A DNA stretch of 64,000 bases from an uncultured SAR86 cluster bacterium (lineage in GTDB: Bacteria; Pseudomonadota; Gammaproteobacteria; Magnimaribacterales; TMED112): contig CACHFV010000001.1 of the NCBI GenBank assembly GCA_902579195.1, forward strand, positions 109,213 through 173,212, read 5' to 3'. Below, piece after piece: positions 26,917-36,021 of the stretch (its first letter is position 1; every line of letters begins with the position of its first letter). The translations under genes were made by a program, and so were the position numbers. A model generated the notes under the pieces. That model was not told where the DNA came from and did not search any database. It saw only the letters and a list, made by a program, of their open reading frames with translations.

Positions 26917-27735
26917 ATGAAAACTAATGCTTTTGTTCTGATTTTTATCTCCTTGCTAGCATTGCCTGAAACAAAAGGACATCAAGGATTAATGGCAACT
27001 TTATTTGTTCAAAAATCTGCCGAGTTTTACAGCAATTCTATTGGCATTTATAACTCTGCTATGGATAAACTACCAGCACTTGTAGAGGATAAAAATTATA
27101 CAGCTGCCCTTGAACAAACTTCAGGGTTTTCTGGGAAACCACCTGCTGTAATTTTAGATATAGATCAGACTGTATTAGACAACATAGCCTATCAAGCTCG
27201 TTTAATTGAAAATGGAAAATATTATCCTGATGGTTGGGATGCTTGGTGTATGGAAGAAAAAGCTTATTACATTCCCGGTGTAGAGCAGTATCTTGCTCTT
27301 GCAATTAGCCTTGGTGTAGAAGTGTTCTTTGTTACTAATCGCACAGCAAACCTTGAAGAAGCAACAAGGAACAATTTAGAAAAACTGGGATTTTCATTTT
27401 CAACAAAACTAGATCAGCTTCTTATGAAAGGCGAGAAGCCAGAATGGACTTCCGATAAAACATCAAGACGTCAGCTTATTGCTGATGATTATCGCATTGT
27501 CATGATGATTGGCGATAATTTTGGTGATTTTGTTAGCTTAGATGTGAATCGATCATCAACAGAGCAAAGAAATGATGCAGCTAAAGCATACAATGAAATG
27601 TGGGGACATAGCTGGTTTATGCTTGCAAACCCAACTTATGGTGATTGGGAAAGCGCTTTCATTGGTTTTGATTATGGCATTCCAAGATCAAAACAGCTTG
27701 AGATGAAGCTAAAGGCCTTAGATCAGCAAAGATGA
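26917..27735 (+). CDS. Class C (e(P4)-like, HAD superfamily) acid phosphatase / 5-prime-nucleotidase, secreted
   Basis: Bipartite DDDD signature VILDIDQTVLDNIAY and VMMIGDNFGDF. It has a signal peptide without a lipobox Cys. Confidence 0.8.
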   Translation: MKTNAFVLIFISLLALPETKGHQGLMATLFVQKSAEFYSNSIGIYNSAMDKLPALVEDKNYTAALEQTSGFSGKPPAVILDIDQTVLDNIAYQARLIENGKYYPDGWDAWCMEEKAYYIPGVEQYLALAISLGVEVFFVTNRTANLEEATRNNLEKLGFSFSTKLDQLLMKGEKPEWTSDKTSRRQLIADDYRIVMMIGDNFGDFVSLDVNRSSTEQRNDAAKAYNEMWGHSWFMLANPTYGDWESAFIGFDYGIPRSKQLEMKLKALDQQR

Positions 27736-28982
27736 AGTTTCTAAAATATTTTTTTGTAGCACTTTTGTCGATCGTAGTCACTTTAATCGCAGTTAATCAA
27801 TATGTACCTGTTCTTATCGATGTGCCAAAAAAAGATAGATTGCTTATCGATTTTAATTTTGGAAAGAAAATCACCAATAAAGAACTTATCCCTGTAGAAA
27901 GAAAAGCTAAAAATATAATACTTCTAATTGGTGATGGGTTGGGGAGCAATCAAATTGTTGCCTATAAGATAGCTAAAGAAGGGCCAAATGCCATAACTGC
28001 TTTTGATGTGTTTCCTGTATCAGGACTTGTTAAGACGCATGCTTATAACACATTAGTAACCGACTCAGCATCATCTGCTACAGCTTACAGCTCTGGCACA
28101 AAAACGATCAATCGATATGTGGGAGTGGATCATGAAAAAAATCCAGTCACCAATATTACAGAATTGCTTCATAAAAAAGCTTATGTAAACAGCATAATTG
28201 CAACATCTGAAATCACTCATGCAACGGTAGCCGCTTTTGCTGCACACACAGAATCTCGGTACAACACAGACGCTATTGCCGAGCAAATATTTTATTCAAA
28301 TAATTATTTTGTATTGGGTGGTGGATCTGACTTCTTTAAAATAAAAGAGGATGGCGGTTTAAGAGAGGATGGAAAGGATTATTTGAGCAAAATTAAAACT
28401 GATGAAATCCTTTTAGAAACAAAAAACGATTTAGTTAACCATAGATTTAAAAAGGGTAAGAAAATTTTTGGGCTATTCAATAAAGAGGAACTAATTAGAG
28501 AAGCACACGAACCTTCACTGAAAGAAATGCTTGATTTTGCTTTAGTTAATTCAAACTCAATGCTTGAGCAGGGGTGCAAAGGATTTTTCATTTTGGCAGA
28601 GGGTTCACAGATTGATTGGGAAGGTCATGATAATGATTTCTATGGACAATACGATGAAATAGAAGAATTTGAGAATGCGATTACAAGTGCATTAGCTTTT
28701 GCAAAGAATAGAGAAGATACTCTCGTTCTGGTGACGGCAGATCATGAAACAGGAGGCCTGCTGATCGAAAAAGATACTCTCAGATATAAAGAAACCAATC
28801 AGATGAAAGTTTCGTGGAATACTGCTATTGGTAAAGGCGATCATACAGGCGCAATGGTACCAATCTTCGCATATGGCCCTGGCTCAGAAAACTTCACAGG
28901 GATTCTGGACAATACAGATATATTCTTTGCTATGCAGGAAGCTATAGGTATTAATGATCTGCCTGATGGTACATGCTACTAG
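27732..28982 (+). CDS. Alkaline phosphatase (PhoA family)
   Basis: Active-site region VTDSASSATAYSSGTKT, then EGSQIDWEGHDN and TADHETGG. It has an N-terminal anchor or signal and an ATGA overlap with the acid phosphatase gene. Confidence 0.85.
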   Translation: MKFLKYFFVALLSIVVTLIAVNQYVPVLIDVPKKDRLLIDFNFGKKITNKELIPVERKAKNIILLIGDGLGSNQIVAYKIAKEGPNAITAFDVFPVSGLVKTHAYNTLVTDSASSATAYSSGTKTINRYVGVDHEKNPVTNITELLHKKAYVNSIIATSEITHATVAAFAAHTESRYNTDAIAEQIFYSNNYFVLGGGSDFFKIKEDGGLREDGKDYLSKIKTDEILLETKNDLVNHRFKKGKKIFGLFNKEELIREAHEPSLKEMLDFALVNSNSMLEQGCKGFFILAEGSQIDWEGHDNDFYGQYDEIEEFENAITSALAFAKNREDTLVLVTADHETGGLLIEKDTLRYKETNQMKVSWNTAIGKGDHTGAMVPIFAYGPGSENFTGILDNTDIFFAMQEAIGINDLPDGTCY

Positions 28983-29027
28983 CTTGGCATTTAGGCTAAT
29001 CTAGTATAAATTTCAGTTGTGGTTGCA

Positions 29028-30260
29028 ATGAAAGGACAAAACAAAAACGCTTTATTTTCCGGCCTTTTTTTCTTCATGGTTCTCTTCTCTCTTTTTGTGA
29101 TGAGGCCTTTCAGAAGTGCGGTTGCTGCCCAAATTGGGACTGCTGACTTAACCTTTTTTCTTTTTCTTGTCGTTCTAGTGATGTTATTTGCTAATTTTAT
29201 TTACTCAGCTGTTGTATCAAGAATCAAAGAATCACGACTAGTTCTGTATATTTATGGTTTCTTTATCCTGAACTTAGTTGTCTTTGCTTATTTAAATTTC
29301 TATTACGAGAGTAACTATACCCTTGGGGCAACATTTTATGTTTGGTACAACATATTCAACTTTTTTGTTGTTTCTATCTTTTGGGCAAAAATAGTTAACT
29401 GTTTTGATAGAACAGAAGGTAATAAACTTTTTGGGATCATAAGTGCCTTTGGTTCTGCCGGAGCGTTTGTTGGTTCACGAACGGTTGCATCATATTTAAC
29501 TGATGCTCCAGTTACGGCTATCACTTTCTCATTGATTGCTTTGATGTTGGCAATTTTTTTCTCATCAAAACTAAAACCTACCAATACTACCAAGATCAAA
29601 AAGAAGGAGATATCTATAGATCTAGTTGATCAAATAAATCAGGTTAAAAATAATCCATTGGTTCAAAAGTTACTAACCTATGCTTTTATTTGGACATGTT
29701 GCTCAACCGCACTGTATTTCTTTAGCCTCGAGATCATAAATAAATACACAAACGACATTGTCGAGCAGCGCGCAATATTCGCTGATGCCGACAGTCTGGT
29801 AACACCAATAACTTTCTTTTCTCAGATCTTAATCACACGCTTCTTATTAGAAAGTAGATTTTTTGGCTTGAAGTTTGTGCTTGGCATTTATGGTGTTTTG
29901 TTCGTGATTGCCTATTTAATGATGGCTGGTCACTTTGCAGATTTTCTCTTTACAGGTACTGGTGTTCTTTTATTCTTAATCATCTCTGCTTTAATGCGAC
30001 CGTTTGAATATGCCATCAATAAGCCAGCGCGAGAGACAGTTTATACCACCCTAAAAAAATCAGAAAAATATAGATCAACTGTGTTCATTGATACATTCAT
30101 TAACCGTTTTGGCGATGCTTCTGGAGGTTTATTGTTTAATATTCTTTTAACCTTGGGACTTACTTTAGCTATAGCGCCACTGGCAATTTTGCCTTTAGCT
30201 TTTGTTCTTTCGGGGTTTGGCGTAAATATTTCAAAAAGTGTCAAAGACGTTAAATCTTAG
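29028..30260 (+). CDS. MFS-like permease resembling the nucleotide transporter (TLC/NTT) family
   Basis: About 11-12 TM segments. LFVMRPFRS at the N-terminus and the loop ARETVYTTLKKSEKYRSTVFIDTFINRFGDASGG resemble the conserved TLC-family loop. The ORF track starts at GTG 29019, and I prefer ATG 29028. Confidence 0.55.
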   Translation: MKGQNKNALFSGLFFFMVLFSLFVMRPFRSAVAAQIGTADLTFFLFLVVLVMLFANFIYSAVVSRIKESRLVLYIYGFFILNLVVFAYLNFYYESNYTLGATFYVWYNIFNFFVVSIFWAKIVNCFDRTEGNKLFGIISAFGSAGAFVGSRTVASYLTDAPVTAITFSLIALMLAIFFSSKLKPTNTTKIKKKEISIDLVDQINQVKNNPLVQKLLTYAFIWTCCSTALYFFSLEIINKYTNDIVEQRAIFADADSLVTPITFFSQILITRFLLESRFFGLKFVLGIYGVLFVIAYLMMAGHFADFLFTGTGVLLFLIISALMRPFEYAINKPARETVYTTLKKSEKYRSTVFIDTFINRFGDASGGLLFNILLTLGLTLAIAPLAILPLAFVLSGFGVNISKSVKDVKS

Positions 30261-30330
30261 TTAATTTTTAATAATTCTTGAAATTTTTAGTTGAATATTT
30301 TTTTTTCGCACATAAAATAACCTCTTCACT

Positions 30331-30735
30331 ATGCTAACAAAAGAAAAAATTTTAAAAGCTCCTAAGAAGAATTATATGAACAAGGATCAGCTTGTTTTTT
30401 TTCAATCTCTACTGAATGACTTAAAGCAAGAAACTTTAACGCACATAAGAGAAGCAAAAGATAGATTAAGCAATCCTCCGTCATGCAGCGATGAGGTAGA
30501 CAGAGCACAACACGAAATTGATTCAATGCTATTTTTACGCATAGTGGAAAGAGAATCTAAACTTCTACCAAAGATTGATAAAGCAATCATGCGTATCAAA
30601 GCTGGTGATTATGGTTTTTGCCTTGAAACAGGAGAACCAATTGGTCTAGAGAGATTAATTTCACGTCCAACAGCAGAATATTGTGCAGAAGTGAAAACAA
30701 TCAACGAAGAAAAAGAAAAGCACTTCGTCGATTAA
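30331..30735 (+). CDS. dksA: RNA polymerase-binding factor DksA, two-cysteine (DksA2-like) form
   Basis: Coiled-coil tip DEVDRAQ (DxxDxA). The C-terminal region FCLETGEPIGLERLISRPTAEYCAEV aligns with the E. coli CxxC-N17-CxxC finger but reads CxxT-N17-CxxV. Confidence 0.85.
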   Translation: MLTKEKILKAPKKNYMNKDQLVFFQSLLNDLKQETLTHIREAKDRLSNPPSCSDEVDRAQHEIDSMLFLRIVERESKLLPKIDKAIMRIKAGDYGFCLETGEPIGLERLISRPTAEYCAEVKTINEEKEKHFVD

Positions 30736-30788
30736 TCTCAGCTACTTAAAATTCGTATAACCCACCTAATTTGACTATAATTTAAGCC

Positions 30789-31226
30789 ATGAGTTTGCTT
30801 AATAAGGTCACAGAACCAATAGCAGAAACTAAGATGGGGATTATTTCTGAATGGGCTCTTCGATTATGTTTATCGTGGGTCATGCTTGAATATGGCCAAC
30901 CCAAATTCAATAAGCTTCTTGAATCACCTGATGTGCCACTGAGCTTTATTACAAAAATGGAATTTTTCGAGGACTTTCCAGTGGTTTCCTCTTGGTTGAT
31001 TACTATTTCCGAGCTAATTTTAATTCCATTGTTCATTATTCTGGGGGGATTAAAATTTATTGGACCAACTGCTAAAGCTTTATCTACCTTGGGCGGTATC
31101 TTAGGCACTTTTGTAATGGCTGTCATTATTTGGGGTTTTCATTTCCCAGTTTTAAATGAGTCCTTCTCAGATATTCATCTGCAATTAATGCTTCTAGCAA
31201 TGTCGGTGTATTTTCTATTTAAATGA
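30789..31226 (+). CDS. Small 4-TM membrane protein (DoxX-like?), unknown function
   Basis: It has a membrane-protein hydrophobicity pattern. It is coupled by an ATGA overlap to the next gene, and I prefer it over the antisense ORF 30782..31126. Confidence 0.5.
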   Translation: MSLLNKVTEPIAETKMGIISEWALRLCLSWVMLEYGQPKFNKLLESPDVPLSFITKMEFFEDFPVVSSWLITISELILIPLFIILGGLKFIGPTAKALSTLGGILGTFVMAVIIWGFHFPVLNESFSDIHLQLMLLAMSVYFLFK

Positions 31227-31474
31227 ATAGAAAAAGAACTTTCACATTTACCGTCGCCACTGTAATTTCTACCTTAGTTCTTTCGACTTTTATGACAGGA
31301 CTAATGAGTTTTTTTATCACCGGAATTAATACTGGTCAATTGCCGCCTAACATTTCGGACTGGGTAAGAGCTTGGATGGTGGGTTGGGCTATTGGAACAC
31401 CTATTGTTTTTTTTGTTGCACCTATATCAAAAAGAGTGGGACTATATTTTTCAGACGATCCAAGAGATAAGTAG
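31223..31474 (+). CDS. Small 2-TM membrane protein (DUF2798-like), unknown function
   Basis: 83 aa with two hydrophobic helices and Trp-rich WVRAWMVGWAIGTP. The family assignment is from memory alone. Confidence 0.45.
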   Translation: MNRKRTFTFTVATVISTLVLSTFMTGLMSFFITGINTGQLPPNISDWVRAWMVGWAIGTPIVFFVAPISKRVGLYFSDDPRDK

Positions 31475-31515
31475 TTGTAATTTGTTAGATAGGTATTTAT
31501 TATTGTTGTTCTTGT

Positions 31516-31591
31516 GGGGCTATAGCTCAGCTGGGAGAGCACCTGCTTTGCACGCAGGGGGTCAGGAGTTCGAATCTCCTTAGCTCCACCA
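31516..31591 (+). tRNA. tRNA-Ala (anticodon UGC)
   Basis: GGGGCTA-TA-GCTC-AGCTGGGA-GAGC-A-CCTGC-TTTGCAC-GCAGG-GGGTC-AGGAG-TTCGAAT-CTCCT-TAGCTCC-A-CCA. The G3:U70 identity pair is present and CCA is encoded. Confidence 0.95.
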
Positions 31592-31601
31592 CTTTTTTAA
31601 G

Positions 31602-32381
31602 ATGAATCTAGAAGTCTTTTTTATCGATTCGTTCACCAACAAAGTTTTTGGCGGTAATCCTGCAGGAGTAATTTTTCATTCTGATCCAATTGATGAGAAC
31701 GTAATGCAAGCAATTGCAGCTGAAAATAATTTATCAGAAACAGCATTCATCAATACTCAAAATGACAACCAAATAAGATTTTTTACCCCAGAGCTGGAAG
31801 TTGATTTATGTGGTCATGCAACATTGGCTTCTGCCTTTGTGTTCTTTAACTATCTTGATAAATCCCATGATCAAATTACTTTCTCATCTAAGAGAGGCCA
31901 ATTGATTGCAGATAGAGCAGAAAAAGGGATTAAGCTGACCTTGCCCAAAGATAACCCAGAGCCCTATGCAGAGATAGATTTATTTTCAAACATGCTTGGT
32001 TGCAAGGCGCTTGAGGTATGTAGAGGAATTGATGACTTTATGGTCTTAGTTGGAAGTGAAAATGATGTTAAAGATATGAAACCAGATTTTAGTGAGATAA
32101 GTAAGCTGGATTCGCGTGGTTTAATTGTTACAGCTGATGGATTAGATGTTGATTTTGTTTCAAGATGGTTTGGCCCGCAAACAGGAGTTGATGAAGATCC
32201 AGTAACTGGGTCTGCCCACACCTTGCTGGCTCCATATTGGGGCAAAAAACTTGGCAAAAATACAATGAATGCAAAACAGCTATCCAAAAGAGGCGGTTTT
32301 TTAATTTGTGAAGTGAAGGGTAAAGCAGTTGAAATAACAGGACAGGCTAAACTTTACTTAAGAGGCTCAATTGAGCTTTGA
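31602..32381 (+). CDS. PhzF-family isomerase
   Basis: FIDSFTNKVFGGNPAGV, LSETAF, FTPELEVDLCGHATLA and DPVTGSAH. Confidence 0.85.
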   Translation: MNLEVFFIDSFTNKVFGGNPAGVIFHSDPIDENVMQAIAAENNLSETAFINTQNDNQIRFFTPELEVDLCGHATLASAFVFFNYLDKSHDQITFSSKRGQLIADRAEKGIKLTLPKDNPEPYAEIDLFSNMLGCKALEVCRGIDDFMVLVGSENDVKDMKPDFSEISKLDSRGLIVTADGLDVDFVSRWFGPQTGVDEDPVTGSAHTLLAPYWGKKLGKNTMNAKQLSKRGGFLICEVKGKAVEITGQAKLYLRGSIEL

Positions 32382-33482
32382 AAGATCTTCTTTTAAGTAG
32401 ATACGTTGACTCTCAATAAGATTTTCAATCCTTGATTTTATATTTTCGTTGGGCCTTTCTTTTAAAGCTTCAATAAAAAAATAAATAGCACTAAGTGAAT
32501 CACCTATTGTTAAAAAATTGATTCCACACAGATAATTTTTTACAGAGCTACCAGTAAACTCGCATAAGTTCTGGTTGGTTGCAAAAGAATTTTCTGCGTA
32601 AGTTATTTGTAACAGCCTCTCCCTGGCACTATTTTTTATTTCCCATGGCACCGAATCAAATGAAAGTAGTTGTTTAAAGTTTGTCTTTGCTCCAGCATAA
32701 TTTTGCTTATGAAATTGAGCCTCACCAATCCAGTAGTATTTTAGTTCATATCTACCATGTAAATCTCTTGCATAGTCTTCCAATAAGACCCATTGCTGTT
32801 TTCTAGTGAACTGATCTATCTTTCTTAAAATTCTGGAGGGATAATCAGCAAAAGCTCTTCCTTCTAAATCAATCTCGTACGTAAATTTATGTGGAACATT
32901 GTTAACACGAATAGGTTCTCCATTTATGACTAATGGGTAATATTCTAATTTTTTTGCAGCAGCTAAAGTTGAATTATCAAACCGCTTGCAATCCTCAAAT
33001 CTATTGCCTTGTTCATTAAAGCAAACAGAGGAGACCTTTTTAACATTATCTACTTTGCCATTTTCCAAAATATCAAAACTGACTATCACTTCTCCCCAAT
33101 AGCCAAATTCTAGTGCGGAAGATGGGTAAACTGGTTGTTCTTTATACTTCGCTTTATATCCAATACCTACAAGTCTTGATAACCACATTAATTTAGGTAT
33201 ATCACAATCATCATGAATAATGCATTCAGGGTGAGGTTTAATCTTTTTTTGAAAGATTTCTGTTAATAGCTGAATATATTCATCATCCAAGTATTCCTTT
33301 AGCTCGTCTTTTTTATATGTGAAGCCTTGTGCATTTTTTGAGTAAAATAAACTGGATTCATAATCATACAAATTAAAATCAGCTGTTAAACCTTGTTCAG
33401 GCGGTGATGTAATTGCTTGTGGTTTTAGATTTGGACTAATAAAAAGCAATGAAATAATTAGCAATTTGATTATCTTGTTCAT
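32367..33482 (-). CDS. Secreted protein with a TonB C-terminal-like domain and a helical-repeat tail
   Basis: Signal peptide. The central segment [36 protein letters not shown] fits the TonB_C pattern. There is no N-terminal anchor or Pro-rich rod, so it is not a canonical TonB. Confidence 0.5.
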   Translation of the reverse strand: MNKIIKLLIISLLFISPNLKPQAITSPPEQGLTADFNLYDYESSLFYSKNAQGFTYKKDELKEYLDDEYIQLLTEIFQKKIKPHPECIIHDDCDIPKLMWLSRLVGIGYKAKYKEQPVYPSSALEFGYWGEVIVSFDILENGKVDNVKKVSSVCFNEQGNRFEDCKRFDNSTLAAAKKLEYYPLVINGEPIRVNNVPHKFTYEIDLEGRAFADYPSRILRKIDQFTRKQQWVLLEDYARDLHGRYELKYYWIGEAQFHKQNYAGAKTNFKQLLSFDSVPWEIKNSARERLLQITYAENSFATNQNLCEFTGSSVKNYLCGINFLTIGDSLSAIYFFIEALKERPNENIKSRIENLIESQRIYLKEDLSKLN

Positions 33483-33517
33483 CAGTAAAAAGTATAATTA
33501 ATTTTTTATTTAATAAA

Positions 33518-34099
33518 ATGAGAAATGTATTTTTTTTAGTAGTAATTCTGGCCGCTGTGCTGGGCATCTACTTTTACAATAAGGAAGAACCAATGCCACA
33601 AGTAAAATTAACAACTACCTACGGTGATATCGTATTAGAACTAGATAAAGAGAACGCGCCAATTTCAACAGAAAACTTCATTAGTTATGTTGAAAGTGGT
33701 TTTTATAATGAAACTATTTTTCATAGAGTGATATCAGGCTTTATGATTCAAGGGGGCGGACATCTGGAAGACATGTCACCTAAGGATCAAAAATTGGAAC
33801 CAATTCTCAATGAAGCAAATAATGGTTTAAAGAACGAGAGGGGAACAATAGCTATGGCAAGAACAGCCAATCCACATTCAGCTACTTCCCAATTCTTTAT
33901 AAACCATGTCGATAATGGTTTTTTAAATTTTAGAACTAACCAAGTTGATGAGGGTTGGGGCTACGCTGTTTTTGGCAAGGTCACTGAAGGTATTGAGGTC
34001 GTTGATAAAATTGCAGCAGTTCAAACGACTGCAGTTATGGGTTATCAGGACGTACCAACAGACACAATTAAGATTATTAGCGCTGAAGTACTAGACTAA
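33518..34099 (+). CDS. ppiA: Cyclophilin-type peptidyl-prolyl isomerase (periplasmic or anchored)
   Basis: [35 protein letters not shown] and AVFGKV. Confidence 0.9.
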   Translation: MRNVFFLVVILAAVLGIYFYNKEEPMPQVKLTTTYGDIVLELDKENAPISTENFISYVESGFYNETIFHRVISGFMIQGGGHLEDMSPKDQKLEPILNEANNGLKNERGTIAMARTANPHSATSQFFINHVDNGFLNFRTNQVDEGWGYAVFGKVTEGIEVVDKIAAVQTTAVMGYQDVPTDTIKIISAEVLD

Positions 34100-35214
34100 A
34101 CAAGCCTAATTGCTTTCTCTATCTCTTCTTGGGTCTCGTATGGTTTAGACATTTCAGCCCAATCGATATTGAAGTTATCTTCAAGCTCTGCGTAACTTAG
34201 GACGCCAATCTGCTCATATTTTTCTTTTACGTTATCGGTTAGAAGACCAATACGTTTTAAGTTTGGTACAATCTTTGTAAACAATAAAGTTCTAAAGTTT
34301 TGTCCTTGATCAGACTCAAAAGCAATTCTGTCTGCTTCTTCAGGTGTGTAATCTAAAAACTTAGCCACTACCTCACCAGAAATAAGTCGACCTCGCATTA
34401 CAAGGCAAGCTTCAAAAGCAAATTCAGCCCTTTCTTCTATCTCAGATTTGCTCAATGTCTTTAAGTAATCTTCTAAATAGTTAACACCAAAGGTCACATG
34501 CCTAGCTTCATCACGAATAACATAGTGCAGCAGTTGCTTCAGCAAACCATCATTCAATATGAACTTCATGTTATTGAAAGCTGCCAGAGCTAGCCCTTCA
34601 ATAATTATTTGCATTCCAATAAATTTAAGATCCCACCTCTCATCAGTCAGAATTTTATCCATTAATGATTTGAGTCCTTTTGTGGCAGGGTATTGGAAGC
34701 CTATTTTTTCCTTCAAATATCTATTAAAACCCTCAACATGTCTGGCCTCATCAAAAGTTTGTGAAGCAGCATACATTTTTGCGTTAAAAGTTGGTGCGCA
34801 TGATACAAGTTGTGAGGCAACTAACAAGGCTCCTTGTTCACCATGCAGAAACTGGCTTATATTCCATGCAACCCTGTGTCTGTCCATTTCAATTTTCTTT
34901 TCGTGTGAGAGGGCATCGTAACCTTCAAGCTCAACTTCAGGGGCCTTAAAAATTTCAGAATTGATCATGAACTCGTCTTTTGGAAAGTTTTGTGACCAGT
35001 CAAGATCATCGGTCACATTCCAGTTAAGCTGCTTACCGAGCTCATATAATTTTTTAATTCGATCATCAACAACGGTATAGTCCCAGTTGTATGATGCAAT
35101 TAACGGAGATTTAAATATCTCATTGATGCATTCAATGGCATTTTGATCTATGGGCTCTTCGCTTAGATAGTCTGTAACCTCTTGCGGTTGATTGTTTACA
35201 ATTCTGTTTTTCAT
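34096..35214 (-). CDS. Ferritin-like diiron-carboxylate oxygenase family protein (AurF-like)
   Basis: The four-helix ligand set is [27 protein letters not shown] and [11 protein letters not shown] (E, ExxH, E, ExxH). The track starts at TTG 35256. I prefer ATG 35214, which is preceded by aaggta. Confidence 0.65.
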   Translation of the reverse strand: MKNRIVNNQPQEVTDYLSEEPIDQNAIECINEIFKSPLIASYNWDYTVVDDRIKKLYELGKQLNWNVTDDLDWSQNFPKDEFMINSEIFKAPEVELEGYDALSHEKKIEMDRHRVAWNISQFLHGEQGALLVASQLVSCAPTFNAKMYAASQTFDEARHVEGFNRYLKEKIGFQYPATKGLKSLMDKILTDERWDLKFIGMQIIIEGLALAAFNNMKFILNDGLLKQLLHYVIRDEARHVTFGVNYLEDYLKTLSKSEIEERAEFAFEACLVMRGRLISGEVVAKFLDYTPEEADRIAFESDQGQNFRTLLFTKIVPNLKRIGLLTDNVKEKYEQIGVLSYAELEDNFNIDWAEMSKPYETQEEIEKAIRLV

Positions 35215-35268
35215 GTTATTTACCTTAAAACAGTTTAACATATCCTCAAATTGCAAAATAAGGGAAAC

Positions 35269-36021
35269 ATGTCAAAAAGATTAGATGGAAAAGTTGCGTT
35301 AATCACTGGTGGAGCAGCAGGTTTTGGAAAAGGAACTGCTGAGACATTTGCTCGAGAAGGAGCAAAGGTTTATATCTCTGATATAAATGTTGAAGGCGGC
35401 AAGAAGGTTGCTGAAGATCTTGGTGTTACATTCCTTGAACACGATGTTACAAATCCAGATCGATGGCAGGAAGTTATAGCTGAAATAAAATCACAAAAAA
35501 ACCAATTAAATATTCTTGTTAATAACGCAGGTATTGGATATATGGGAGATGTTGAGGGCACAACAAATGAAGCTTGGGAAATGGTGCATAAGATTGATCT
35601 TGACTCAGTTTTTTACGGCTGCAAATATGCTTTGCCACTTATGCGTGACTCTGGCAATGGTTCGATAATTAATATTTCATCCATATCAGGAATTATCGCA
35701 GGCCATAATTTTACTGCTTATAACAGTGCAAAAGCTGCAGTAAGGCATTTATCCAAGTCAGTAGCTCTTCACTGTGCACGAACAACCAACCTCGTAAGAT
35801 GCAACAGTGTACATCCTGTTTTTGCGCGCACAGAAATTCTTGAAGCATTGCTTAATGACACATCCAATGACATGCTTTCAAAACTTGAACGTCAGATACC
35901 AGTTCGAAAGCTTGCTGAAATTGAAGATATTGCAAACGCTCTGCTTTTCTTAGCTTCAGACGAATCAAAAATGATCACTGGCACTGAACTTGTGATTGAT
36001 GGTGGTATATCAGCGCAATGA
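35269..36021 (+). CDS. Short-chain dehydrogenase/reductase
   Basis: TGGAAGFGKG, NNAG, and the catalytic S...YNSAK. The track start TTG 35251 is probably an extension, and ATG 35269 follows agggaaac. Confidence 0.9.
   Translation: MSKRLDGKVALITGGAAGFGKGTAETFAREGAKVYISDINVEGGKKVAEDLGVTFLEHDVTNPDRWQEVIAEIKSQKNQLNILVNNAGIGYMGDVEGTTNEAWEMVHKIDLDSVFYGCKYALPLMRDSGNGSIINISSISGIIAGHNFTAYNSAKAAVRHLSKSVALHCARTTNLVRCNSVHPVFARTEILEALLNDTSNDMLSKLERQIPVRKLAEIEDIANALLFLASDESKMITGTELVIDGGISAQ

Noticed and set aside
30782-31126. 114-aa minus-strand ORF opposite the small membrane protein gene
   Set aside because: The plus-strand frame encodes a coherent 4-TM protein that is chained by ATGA to the next plus-strand gene. 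The minus-strand product has no features and would break the co-directional operon.
31336-31583. ORFs 31336..31542 (-) and 31392..31583 (+) overlapping the tRNA-Ala region
   Set aside because: They run through a perfect tRNA-Ala cloverleaf and through the end of a real gene, so they are artefacts of ORF calling.
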